Assembly (NCBI GenBank): GCA_040954595.2
Contig: CM082580.2
Location: 10,332,390 to 10,396,389 of the forward strand
Source: Balanoglossus misakiensis
Lineage: Eukaryota; Animalia; Hemichordata
Length of the DNA stretch: 64,000 nucleotides
Direction: 5' to 3'
The notes below the pieces were generated by a model, which was given only the letters and a program-made list of their open reading frames with translations, had not been told where the DNA came from and did not search any database. Numbering within the stretch: the stretch's first letter is position 1; each line of letters begins with the position of its first letter. Shown piece by piece: positions 1 to 12,425 of this stretch. The translations under genes and the position numbers were made by a program.

Positions 1-1612
1 AGAACGGGCTGGAACGTGGGTTGGGCTTAATTTGAGCTCAGAACTTGGTACATTGCTTCTCTTACTATTGCCCATTCGATCATGTGTAATTTCGACAGCT
101 CCATTACTCCCAACCTACACCCAGCCAACATTAAAACGAAAATACGCAACCATGTTCAATTCTACACGGTTTTGCTAGGTTTCCCGGTTACCTGAATGGA
201 CAGCAATAGAGAATGCTGAAAACTACATGTACTTCAAACGAGTAAAAAGATGAAAAACTACATAAAAACTACAGTAAGTCGATCGAGACCCATAACCTCC
301 GCGTCCTGTTCATATATTTCATGGCGGCACTGTGACGTCACACAACTCTTAGCCAATCAGCGATGATCAATGTACAAGCAAAACTTTTGCGTGTTTGTGA
401 CAAGTATCACAAATTTCTTGGTCAAAACAGTTTTAAATCAAAAGGGATATCTATGATTTTCATTCCTAAATCTGTAAAGCATATATATATTGGTGGACTT
501 CCGATCGTTCGCTGAGTTCCATTAGTATACAGTAGCTATGAAAAGTCTGCGGGGGTATTTTTTCACATCCACGGTGTAGCAAACTACTGGCTGTGTGAGA
601 GTCTAAATAGAACACACCTTGCGGCGACCACAAGTTTATTTACAGAAACCAGGTTACAACATGGGTCGCCCACGTGTCTGAAGCACGTCAGCGGCGGAAA
701 ACCTGACCAGAATGTTTCCTGTATTATTGTTGTGACCTGGGGAGGTGTGACTGACGATACTCCGCTGCACAACACTGAGACAGTCGAGAAAATAAACAAA
801 AAGGTGGGAAGGTTTCTGACCTTGTGTGGGAGTCGGTCACACCATGGTCACACCATCGTGAACTGAAGAGCGAATGAAAAGCGCGTAAGTAAGCGTCCCG
901 GGACGTCGTATATTGGTGTTTAAATTTAGCCTGCGGTCACTTTTTCAGTTTGTTCTCGACGTGGGATATTTTTGGAACTAACCCGGTCGAGTGTCAGGTC
1001 CGACAGGGTCACATTCCAGACCAATCTAGCCATGCTGTTACTCATATCAATTTGACGTGAACGGTGAACCCAAATCCCCCCGCGCACCGTGCAAAAAAAC
1101 TATGACACGCCGTCAGAAAACGTCACGGTTCAGCTCTATAAACGCCAAATATTTGTTCCGGCAGCAATAATTTCACGCATTGGTCAGATCATACTAGCGT
1201 GGCGAAACTCCACCATCTATGGTTACATGGAATTACGACGTCATTCAACGCGTTTAGCGCAGCTTATGCGGTGTTGCCAACACATCAGTTCAGTTCTTTC
1301 AACAGACTCGACTTGACGTGAAAATCAAGTCTCGAAATGTATAGTCAACAAACAACTGTTACATCATAATACTATTAGTAATACTAGTAGTAGTCCCAAA
1401 ACAAGTGTAGAAACGCATTTGATTCGTTTTGTTTTGCCTACATTTACTGTCTACTTAATATTACGACTTTTCTCAACTGACCACACCTACACGAGTCGAC
1501 CATGGGAGCAGTTGATATTTTGCGCAATTGTTTCATTGACTTCTCACTCAATTCTGGTCCGTGAAAATTACAATCTACTGTCAATAAAATTCCAAAATAA
1601 GGGAATACAAAC

Positions 1613-1743
1613 CTCCATCATCAAATTTGATTTCCTCACAATCTTCGTCGTCGCTGTTGATATCGACAAGACACCTGAAGACGGCCCCGCCCTGCGTTAC
1701 TTCGTACTGGGCCGTCTGGGCTTTCGGGGCTCCAACAAGCATC
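1613..1743 (-). CDS. Integrin alpha gene B exon 2 (131 nt, FG-GAP repeat 1 second half)
   Basis: Acceptor tgtgttttcacag|G, donor G|gtttgt; encodes MLVGAPKAQTAQYEVTQGGAVFRC...CEEIKFDDG, aligning with alphaV [24 protein letters not shown]...CQPIEFD. Confidence 0.93.
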
Positions 1744-4616
1744 CTGTGAAAACACACACAAGTTACAGATAAAAAGAAAACTTTGCCTTGCATCGCATCT
1801 TCACTTGCTGCTTCAGTTTGCACACGTTGCAAGCTAGCAGCGATCGAGTTTTACCCGGCGATTGAGTTGCCATAACAACCGCGTCTCGTCGTTCATGGAG
1901 TTGCGCTCACGTTTGCCGAGGGTTTCACGTTGATGCATCGATGTGGATGGTTGATGTATGTCACGTCTTGTTGCATTATTGCCCGAGTACTGTAATTGGG
2001 AAGCCGAATACGCTTCAGTGTAAACCCACGGGCGTCCCAACCAAGCCGTGGAGGAGGGTGTAATGAGGGTGGGGTGTGGTGGACGTAGGTCCGGGACGTA
2101 GTAGGCCCTGGTTTTTAAGTTCTCCTTTTTGTGGGGCTCCGAAAATCCTACATGTTTCCGTGGGCAGAATTTTTGCATCTCACAGGTGACAGAAATATGA
2201 CATCCAATATCAACTGTTGACAGATGTCAAGTGTGTGCTTGTTTCAATTGTCGGTTTTATTGAGAGTGGAAATTATAGATAAGTTCTTGGATCACATTAG
2301 TAATCGTGACTGGGGATTGTTACCAGATATGGCTGAGGAACCCCTTTATAGATGCATAAGATGTATAATATTTATATCGCACCGAGCGTCGAACTGAAGA
2401 AAACGGGGTTCGTCAGCTGGAAAATATTTAAAACGTGCGACCGGAGCGAGAACTCGACATCCTAAGACTCATAAGTCATGTCATTCTATACTATGTATCT
2501 CTTGACCTTGTGAGTTGACATGGTCGACATCTCGTAAACCGGCTCCCCTCCGGGTGACACATCGCTGACCTCTATCACCCCCCCCCCCCCACCGCGCGGT
2601 CGACGAGCCACGAAGAAAAACCACAGACTTGCCTTGCTGGGTCATTTACTGTAATGTAAACCTCATATCGTTCCGGAGTTTCAGTGTTTTGTTTGGTCTA
2701 CAACAGTAAAAGTTTCGTCCATGACAAAAGCTAGTGCTTCGGGGGTTTTAACCACCTATGAGGGGTCAGTCACCGCATCAGTATCATAGGGAGAGGGGGG
2801 ATTAGCCGAGACTACCAAGATGGTTGTAGACCTACTACATGTACACACTTCCCGGAGACGATCATTATATATCATGGAACTTTCACAGCATCTCAATTTG
2901 TAAAGTTTATGATTAATCATGAACAATTACTTTTATCGCGGAAAAGTTTTTTTTACACGGAATCAATCGAGTTTTCCCTTGGTCGCGTCGGTGCTCAGTG
3001 GTGGTTTCAATTAAAAGTACCGTCGCGTACATATCTTACTATCTACGACTTCGGGATCGAAGTAGGTGAACTGATAAACAGCCATAAGAAATGACACTTT
3101 GGCGTGACCAGGTGAATATTTGTACATTTGTATTTGCAATCACGGGCAGTGGAGGGGATCGGACATGCACCACAGCTTACGTCACAGGGTCCAACGACCA
3201 GCAATGTTACATAATGTGGCGCTCTGAGCACTTTTCTGCGTACAGAGGAACTACATACTAGTATGTATTGAGTCAACGGTGTGATTAAACCTTGGTGTGA
3301 TTGATGTAAAAGGCAGACACGCATACATGCACATCACACATCACTATACAATGCGTAAAGAATTCTTCACGCAGTTCTTTACGCAGACCGCCGGAAGTTG
3401 TTCCAATGACAAAAGTTGTTCCTGGCAATACCGCGAGGACTATACCCCGGCAACGTCATGTCCGTGTTTGTCGGCGTAAATAATACAGGCTATTTGTCAC
3501 TGTAATTGAGATTGGTTAAGAGGAATGCAAGCCAACAGTGACGTCAGCGAGTTGTCCTTGTACATGTTCTGGTATACTAGTATCAGACGTCTGCGTCTAG
3601 TCCGCCTTTGAAAAAAATAACTGATAAAAAAACTGTCCACACCCCAAATGTAACTTTTGTCCGGACATATAACCATGTGAGAACTTCGCTGGAAACATAG
3701 GAGAAACAGCTATAGATAGGGAACAGTCCGCGTAATTTCCGTTATCCGGTCAAAAAATCGCCGTTACCATAGTTACGTACATCTACAGTATCGTTGCAGG
3801 ACATAGCTGGCATGCATGACTGATAGAAGACAGGCCTGGTATAAATACAGTGCAGCTCGGAGAATTTGGGAAGAAATCTGATACGCCAAACCAGCGCGAA
3901 CTTCGTGATCGAGGCCATATACAGTATATACTAGACGATGTTGTACGCTTGAAATATATTGCCTGGGAACAACGGACAGTTTCAGGTCATGCCTAGACTC
4001 TTGTGTCCGTCAAATCAAGTTCTTCTTTCAATCAGAATTCTAGAACGCCACTATCGTAGCGACTTCATTCGCAAACCCGGCCATGATCAACTTGACATGT
4101 TTTTCTTTGTGTTTATAGGTTGTAGTCGTATGTAAACGATTTCTTGTTGTGACGGATAGATGGAGAGATGCGACCCTCGTTAACATTTGCCACGACTATC
4201 AAGACTAGGGCGTGTGATACCGACCAGAGCGGGCCTGGAAAAGAATTTGACCCCAAGATGCTTGCGAGTCCCATGGAAAACACTTAAAAACACGAATATA
4301 TATCATTTTTCCCGAAGAATAGTTTTAAGGGGAGATCTGAATTGTAGCCGACAGAATCCACAGGTATGCGATGTATTGTAAACTGTAACGCATTCGAATT
4401 CCATCACAGATCTGTACTAAGGCGTCGTTGTGCGTATATATACGTATATACTTACCAGCTCAGGCTTCCGACCCGATGAACGGAAACGTCGAAGCCGAAC
4501 ATCGTGCCTTCCACCCCGGCACGCACCACTGGCGATTCCGTATCGATGTTGAAACCCCGAACGATTGCACTTAGAAGAGAAATAATCCAAAACAGAGTGA
4601 AATCTCTGTTCGTCAT
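1613..4616 (-). CDS. Integrin alpha subunit gene B (PS2/RGD clade, alpha-8/alpha-V/alpha-5-like), 5' part: join(4616..4456,1743..1613); continues beyond the left edge
   Basis: Spliced translation MTNRDFTLFWIISLLSAIVRG-FNIDTESPVVRAGVEGTMFGFDVSVHRVGSLSW/MLVGAPKAQTAQYEVTQGGAVFRCLVDINSDDEDCEEIKFDDG: signal peptide, canonical FN(I/L)D mature N-terminus, FG...VGAP repeat 1 and Cys pair. GT-AG intron with matching phase 2. Confidence 0.93.
4456..4616 (-). CDS. Integrin alpha gene B coding exon 1 (signal peptide and mature N-terminus)
   Basis: ATG at 4616 in accatcATG context, hydrophobic signal FTLFWIISLLSAIVRG, then FNIDTESP...MFGFDV; donor TG|gtaagt. Absent from the ORF track because it is under 60 aa. 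Confidence 0.92.
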
Positions 4617-4729
4617 GATGGTAAGGGTCCGATAAATTCCAATACAGGCGGAGAAGTCAACTAGTCAAACAGTCCAAGTTAAGTGTGTATGTGTGCTCGC
4701 GGCTCACAGAGCTCTTAGACAGTGTGTGT

Positions 4730-4865
4730 GTCAACTGAGCGATACCAAGTTATCTTTGACGCAGGGGGTGTGCGAAACTGGAGACTTGGAGTTCGAGTCA
4801 GGGATGTGTGGGCGTGGTGTGCGCTAGACATACCAGGGAACACCCGCGCGCACTTCCTGGAACGC
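4730..4865 (-). promoter_or_regulatory. Probable TATA-less core promoter of integrin alpha gene B
   Basis: Initiator TCAGTT on the minus strand (4738..4733) about 120 nt upstream of the ATG, Sp/KLF box GGGCGTGG near 4810, ETS site CAGGAAGTG (plus cacttcctg 4851-4859), CpG-rich surroundings. Confidence 0.5.
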
Positions 4866-7483
4866 ACTGTACTCCTTCAGCAGAACTGTGATGCCAACAG
4901 ACAGACAAGGCAAAACCAGCCGAAGAAGGACGCGCATATTACAATAAATGCACTTACAATGGCATTATATAAGACCATTTTAGGGATTCTGCATTTTATT
5001 GCCGTTCTGTTTGCAATTGTCCAAGTTGTTGCCACTGATAGTCAGATATGGCACTGAGTCGGAAGTGGTATACTGAAGACGGTACCGCTGTCAGTCCGAG
5101 GGTCAACGGAACAAAAAAACCTGCGGTGACACATCAGGGAGTGTATTACTGGCGGAAGAGAGCTGGCCGCCCTGAGTCGTGGCATAACAAATAAAGCCTT
5201 CCGGTAGCCCCAATCATGTTCTGTGATGATGTCAGCACTCGACTGTCCTGGACTTGTATGGCTTCAGACGTCTTTATCAACTCTCAACCATAGTTGAGGA
5301 TATAAAGTTGAATTGATAGAAATGTGCAGTTTTATCTCTGTGTATGGTACAAACCCGAAGCTCTCTCCATCTACATCTCTCATTATTTGATGCTAGGCTT
5401 TTTTCTAGAAAAGTTCCATCAAGTCGGTCCGAATCGACGATGCTATAGCCAGTTGCGATACGCCAGGATCTTCTGGCATTGACCGTGCATCTACCTGTGT
5501 GTGGTCACCTAATTGCGGTCCCATACTGAGTGGGGACCTGGGGCTCTTTCATGTCACCCGGATGGTCAACTTTGAAAAACAGTTTACGCCTTCTGTCTGG
5601 CAAGAAAACTCGTTTCGCTTCCCAGAAAGTCTCGTCTTTGGTATGAATTTCACGGGGCAAGGGTATTTATTTATTCATTAACATGTATTTGTTGGGGATC
5701 TTCAATCACTTTTTTTCGGGTTAACAGAAAAAGACCCTTTGGTCGTATATATAGTTTGTTGTAAATCGTCACACACACTATACTACCCAGGTGGCATATA
5801 TTTGCCAACAGGTCTCGCGAAAATATACATATCACGCATATTGGTGTTCCAGAAAAAATAAACGGTTTGTACACAAGGTTTACACGTCTTAATTGGATTA
5901 ACAGTTGGAGTAATGAAAGTATAACCCCGTGGGCAAACTTCTGATAAGCTACTTGTGATTCAACAGTTGCCAAGCAATGATAAAGCACTGCGGTCACTCC
6001 ACATGTCAAAAAAAAATAACCGTCATGTTTAATATTTTAACGCCACAAACCCGATGTGGTTTTTGTGAACAGTCATGCCTACAGGCATTCTGTAGCGGTC
6101 ATGTTCCTCGCGACAGCCAGCTCATCTCTGTACTCATCATCCTGGATCGTGTTTTGACTCTTCCGGTTATCCAACTTGATGTAAATTTGGACCGGTCCCA
6201 ACCACGTAACGATTATGACGCGTTTACTGACTGACCGGTATACACATCCTGTCATGATCGTCTATAAACGTACAATCAACTGTTACGCGCAAACACGCCC
6301 CTTTCATTATACATTTGCGGGTTGTAAGCGCATATTAAGAAATCACACCGTGTATATGGGACTATGTCAGATTCTGCCTCCCCCCCCATAGGGCAAAATG
6401 ACACCGTACTTGAACTGGGTGAGGGCACATATACACCGCGATTAAGTTTATATAGTTAAGTAAATTCTGTTAATTGGCCATTTCATTCGAAGATCCTCTG
6501 TAGTCCCCTTTTCAAGTACATACATATACTAGCTTCCGCAGTTACTATAAACTTCAGAGAATATCACCACGCTGAAACGTGTATTTCCGCGACAACTATA
6601 CAGAATGTGCGCAATTAACGTCAGTTTAAACAACAATCAGATATGGTTTGATATTTACACAGATATGTCAATATAACACTCAAAATTGTCTTCAAATTGT
6701 ATGAGCGTAGACTTTCAGCCGTGGTTTGAGGGAGAGACCCATTTGTCTATCAAGACATTGCCCCTCCCAGTGAAAAGAGCAAAACACTGCTTTGTTACGC
6801 CGCAGTGGTTATCCCGATGACAATAAACATAAAGCAGCGTTCCCCCAAATGAATGGGTAACACACCGTAAACAGTGTAGGAGTGGCCAGCAAGTGGTCAC
6901 CAACTCACTATAGGTGTGATGACGTCGGAAATACGCGTAAGCGGAATACGTTGACGTCACAAGCGTGCCGAAAGACCACACCGCGCAGACTCCTGACCAT
7001 GAAAACTTTTTTGAACGCTTGATCGACTTTACTTAAAAAGGAAAAACGACTTTAATTCACAACGAGAGACAGAAAGATGTCCGTTTTTGTTATACAAGTC
7101 ATGCCATTATATATGGTGTTTTACGTCCTCGCCGAAAAACGCTGACCTAAACCACCAGACAGTCGCCGTTTCTGCCGAACTATAAAACACGCATTCTGCA
7201 TAAATACAAAGAAATACAAGAAACGTCCAAATAAAAAAGGAGAGCAAATACGTCAGTTTCAGTCAACTGCTTTGTTTGCTTCTGGCAGACGAAAAGCATT
7301 AAATTTTATTACAAAAGTGTTGTAACTATAGGCGAGTTGTTTTGATGACTGGCGTACCGTGACAAAATACCAAAAAGCTTACCACTCGGTGGCACTTATG
7401 CGGGGGTTCACCCTTGGAAGGCAGTCACAAAAGTTTTAAATGGACAAGCAGATATATCATTTAATTTAAAGTTTATTTTTGAA

Positions 7484-8161
7484 ATGGCAGCGATTCAAAG
7501 ATGTTTCATCTTCCTAGCCAAGGTATGTTAATTTCGGGTAGGTGGTCCTCCCTGAAAACGAGCTGACAAAGCCGTGCGGACTTTGCCCCGCGGGATGTTT
7601 GTAGGTCAAGGGAAACGGCTTCTTTGTTCTTTCAGGTTTCATACCTGGCGATGCACCAAAAGAGGCTGGGGGATTTCGTGGATCTCGAAGGTAACTTTCC
7701 GGATTTAACTCTACGTTTCTCTGAACTCTTTTATACAACTTTTGTTAGCAGTTTCCTGTACACAAACCGATCGGTTCTGAGATTGGAAGTAGTTTTCAGT
7801 GTTATATTTCATTTAAGTTCGGTTTCAAGGAGAGCGGATGTTACAGGTGTCTCAGTTTCACGTCTTCTCTGAGCCAAGTGTGGGTATTCGAACCGGTGAC
7901 GTGAAGATCGGACAATGATAGTCTCTCAGCCGGATCCGTATGTGTGAAGACTTCAAAGATATTGTACAGTCAAACTTGATTTGCGCGTAATCTTAAATTG
8001 TTAATATTTATATCAGCCACAGTACTGACCATTTGTTTGGTTTTTAATAATGTTTGTACCACAGGAATCTCTTTGAAGCCAAAGATCCCTTCAATCTGAA
8101 GTCTGCACAGACGTACATCTGGTTGGTTATACCATGGTTATACGCAGAGACCCTTTTCCTC
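7484..8161 (+). ncRNA. Candidate spliced lncRNA or small-ORF transcript, divergent from gene B (exons ..7522, 7636-7690, 8065-8161)
   Basis: Donor AAG|gtatgt (7523), acceptor ttctttgttctttcag (7635), donor AAG|gtaact (7691), branch point tactgac (about 8023) plus acceptor tgtttgtaccacag (8064), donor gtaagt (8162). No recognisable homology. Confidence 0.35.
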
Positions 8162-11100
8162 GTAAGTAGGCCAAAGTGACATATAGCTAGACGGTCCCGG
8201 TTGTACTATCTAGACTATGTACCTAACAACAAAAAGCGACAGTGCCCCACCCCGAGTCTGTGGTATTATAACTTCATATTATAAACCAGCGGCTATAAAG
8301 TCGCTCTTTTCATGCCATTCTTTGCAAAACTTTTCGAATGAGCTATAGTCATCTTTAAAGGTCACGCGAAATGAGCTTGGGCCACAACATGGCGACAAAC
8401 ATTTTCTCACGGGCTGGAAATCTGCTAAGATCGACAAAGATCTCGTGTGCTCACAGTCGCAGCAAAAACAACAATAACTCAAAGACCACGGATGAACCAA
8501 ACATGTTTGGCATTAGCCTTCATGTTGTAATGTCAGAATAACTGTCAACTATGGTATGTAGTGTCAAGGAGGAGGTCACTGGTACATGATACTTCATCCA
8601 CAGTCACTGTGACTGTGTACAAACATACCAACTTCGGATCTTGCTTACTCCCCGGCCCAAGATCTACGACTCCCTCGACAGTTTCTAGATCTCACCACTT
8701 GAGAGCGCAATGCAACTTCTTAAGATCACGCAAGAAGTGCGCTGTTCGAGTCATGCCTGGCGGAGCGTAACCGTTTGTCTCCTATGGAGGGCACGCGAGC
8801 AAAGTATTTTTAAACTTGTGTATTTTAGCACATTAAACGATAAAATGGTATGTCATATTCTGGAAAAGCCGAGACAATAAGCGCGACATCTTGGGTTTGT
8901 CGTCTATGTCTATTGTGATAATCGTTGTCTTGTGAGTTGGTCGATTAATCATAGCGCCCTCAATGTGCTTGAAATGCTCATCATTTGTATTTGCGCTTTC
9001 ACTCCTTTTCACCAATGTTTCATTTTTTGAGTGATAGTCGATAAATTAATATGTTTAGCCTCGGGGACTACACCGATTGAAATAAAAGAAAGTATTGGGG
9101 TGGATGAGAACACAGACATGTTAAATGGCAACATTGTTCCGTTCAATTGATACCCTGGAGATGGAGTAGAAGGGGTTGTTAGGCTGACCCAGGGTTACGT
9201 GAAATAAAATATCTCACCGTAGCACGCTAATATGTAATGACAGGCGAGATGAGTTTATTGCGCACATCTCCAATTCCTCGCCTGCTCACCCTCCCCTGTC
9301 TGTCTCTGCAGCCTTTTCCCCTCCTATGTCTGTCTCCTGGTCCCTATCTCTTGTTGTGATCCTGCGATGAGAGATCTAGTATTGTTGGTTGAATCACCCG
9401 ACCCAACACGAAATAGTCATTGGATACATTCCCTTGTTTTGTTTCCTAACACAGACTAACCACCCTTGAAACCAAAATGGTGATTTGATGAATAATTTGA
9501 CAACACTGTATTGTGTGACGTCTTGCCATACAGCAGAGTAAACTAGAGTAGCCTATAGTAGAGTGCAGTACAGCGTAGGGCAGTACAGCATACTACACTG
9601 CGCTTCTCTACACCAAAGTATACTATAGTGCAGATCGGTGTATTTGAAGTGCTCAGCTAACAACCAGAGACACTGTGTCCACGTGTGCCTGTCAATTTAA
9701 AACGACGTCGACTCCCTACAAAGTTTACTGCATCGATGGAGACACGATGAGCCCAAGTCTCGCGGGATCCTTAATTATCTCGGAAAGCCTCCAGAGGAAG
9801 TGGAAGTTCAGCGAAGAGTTCAGCAAGGACACGAGAGGTCCGCGGTTTATACCTGGTCGCCAGGCGCAGCGTCTGCCATCTGGCGGCGAATTACAAAGCT
9901 CCCACGGTAAACGAAGCTGGAAAATCCGATGAAGCTGTCTCGTCGTTGCAGAATCATCATTACCCGAGATTTCTTTGTGGTTCGTCTCTCTCTCTCTCTT
10001 TCTCTTTTCTGGCACGGAGCAATTAGATCGCCTGACAAAATCGAACGAAAAGTAGAGAACAAAGAAAATCGGACTAATAATGTCAAAGTGTCTTACCCAA
10101 CACATTTGATTGCACGGGAAGCAATAGAAAATTGTAAATGGATATCATAGAAATTCGGTTTTAGTCTTTCTCCTCACGTTTATGTTCGTGTCCCCAATAT
10201 CAGTGTGGGTGAACCCTTCTTCGGCGTTTATCTGCGGTGCCGTCTTCAGAGATCCACTTTCTGTATATCGGGTTCAACACAGCTCATATTATCACCGTTT
10301 ACCCGTTAGGAGAGGTCGTTACTGCGGATTATTAGCAACGGCGAGTTTTTTCTGCAGCCTGAGACGTGCGCGCACAATTGTTAGATTCGCATTCTAGAAT
10401 TTCAATGCGAGAAAGTTTTTTTTTTCTTTCTGCTTGGCGATTAATAAAATGGAAGCATGGTAACTTGCGTGCTGATATTACTGCTGCATAACCGACAGAC
10501 TGATTCTTACTCGCATTCAACAGCAGAAAAAAACGGATTTCTCTAAGATGAAAACATTTCTCAGTGATGAAAACCAACGTCCCTGAACTTTTGGAGAAAA
10601 TTCCTCGATTGATCGCCATAGCAACAGAAAGAGCCCCGGGATTTTGCCGCTTTATAGCGGATATTCGTCTGGATGTAAACGTCTTGGCGCCATTATTACC
10701 GGAGAACGAAAACTGAACCGGTTCTGCAAACTCGGTCCATGCCAGATATCATGATGCCAATACTGCGACGGAGAGTCTAATAACACCAGAGGGGGCTTCA
10801 AGAGAAAAAAATGCCGAAGGCGAGGATCCACTCGCTGTAAAACAATTTGAGTCTGTAGAGCACCCAGGCCATGAATGTGTAATACCCAATCTGCTAGATA
10901 AAGAATATTACAATAACCTTGGGGGTCAATGCCTCGCCTCCCTTTGTTGTGTCTATTCAGTTCTCATTACTCGACACAAAAAGCAGAAAATTTGAAAGGT
11001 AATTGTTCTTCGTTGTTCTGCTTAATGGGAAATGGTATCGAGTTGCGCGACGGGTCCTCTCCAAGGTTCTGTAGCCAGGTTTGGCGTATAGACGAAAGAT

Positions 11101-12301
11101 TGAAGGAGGATGGGGGGGGGGAGGGGTGTCGTATGTTGTCAAGGATTTGGGATGTTGTGAATTCAACTGTACATCTATTCGAAGATGTTTGTCTTCCTAG
11201 ACAAATAAATGGAATGTGGGTGATTTTAGCCTGTGCAGCCGTGTTACAACTTCATTAAGTTGTACGGTATGTTAATCAGAGGGAGGGAGGGAGAGAGGGG
11301 AGGGGGTCAGTGAGATACAGAAATACAGAGAAGTTGGCAAAGACAGGTATTGACAAAGCACCATCTTCTTCTAAAAGACATTGCGTTTGTGAGGCGAGTC
11401 GGACGAACACTGGAACCAGGAAATATTCACATGGAGTTACAAGGAAAGTTTATTTTGCCGGGCCTGTATAATATACAAAAAGTAAAAGTCACTATCTCTG
11501 CACGACGCCAATCGTCATCAATCCGACAGGACACGGAATCCGAACTCAGTCAGCATGTGAAATGCAGTTTGAATATACCATGCCTGAAGGCGAGTCGTGA
11601 CCATGTGGCTCGTCAAATCACTGTCATGGTAGAAACACAGAAAATCACTAAAATCATGTCACATCCGTGATGTATCATCGGCGTCCCAATAAATTTACAT
11701 GCATGAGCAATTAAAATGTTGATTGGGATGCACAATTCGGGGGAGCCACCCTGACAAGTTTTGTTCAAATTGAGTTACCATACTGCGAAAAGTTGACAGA
11801 CGACCGCATTTCGGAAACCATTGGTATTTCTAGTACACCAGTGGGTAATATTCCCATTGTTTCGCATGCAGTCACGGTGGTAGATTAGAGATGGATGCTT
11901 AAAACAGTTTGTAGCGAAGAAAGAAGAACAACATATATAAAGACAGGGTGTGCAGCTTCACTATCGACCAGGCAACAAATCTACACTGTGAATAAGCCCT
12001 CAGACACTGGCGACTAATTGACAGGGGTGTTGAGCTCGATATTACCTAACAATTGACATATATTAGTTTTCATTTTACTCGCCAGATGTTAATGGACCGC
12101 AGAGTAATTCCTATTGACCCACACGCGTGCACAATGGTGGGTCAAATTAGGTGAAAATTGGACGCGCGTGCCATTTCTTTTGTCTGTTTGTCTGTTACGA
12201 AAAGGACAATAGAGTCGGCGTTTAATCCAATTATGGTTATACATGGGTTACATTACAAGTGTGTCTTTTATGGATGTTGAGAGGAGTTCATTAGAAGGGG
12301 T

Positions 12302-12337
12302 GAGAGAGGGGTGAGAGAGGGGAGAGAGAGAGGGAGC

Positions 12338-12421
<84 letters not shown>
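12302..12421. repeat. (AG)n microsatellite, about 120 bp, imperfect
   Basis: Directly visible; produces the spurious SLSLSL ORFs. Confidence 0.95.

Positions 12422-12425
<4 letters not shown>

Noticed and set aside
325-480. TGTGACGTCACA palindrome with AGCCAATCAG, resembling a promoter or the core of a non-autonomous DNA transposon
   Set aside because: No terminal inverted repeats or TSD could be delimited, and a CRE/CCAAT regulatory site cannot be told from a repeat remnant.
1419-2178. ORFs of 117 aa (+) and 114 aa (-)
   Set aside because: Antisense shadow of gene B exon 2 and intronic sequence; no recognisable domain.
2441-2510. tRNA/SINE-head-like sequence; similar B-box-like strings near 7885 and 53835
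   Set aside because: No cloverleaf could be folded and A/B boxes are degenerate; at most decayed SINE fragments.
9675-10150. Four overlapping ORFs up to 126 aa
   Set aside because: No homology, partly built from a (GA)n tract, and consistent with chance in a GC-richer patch.
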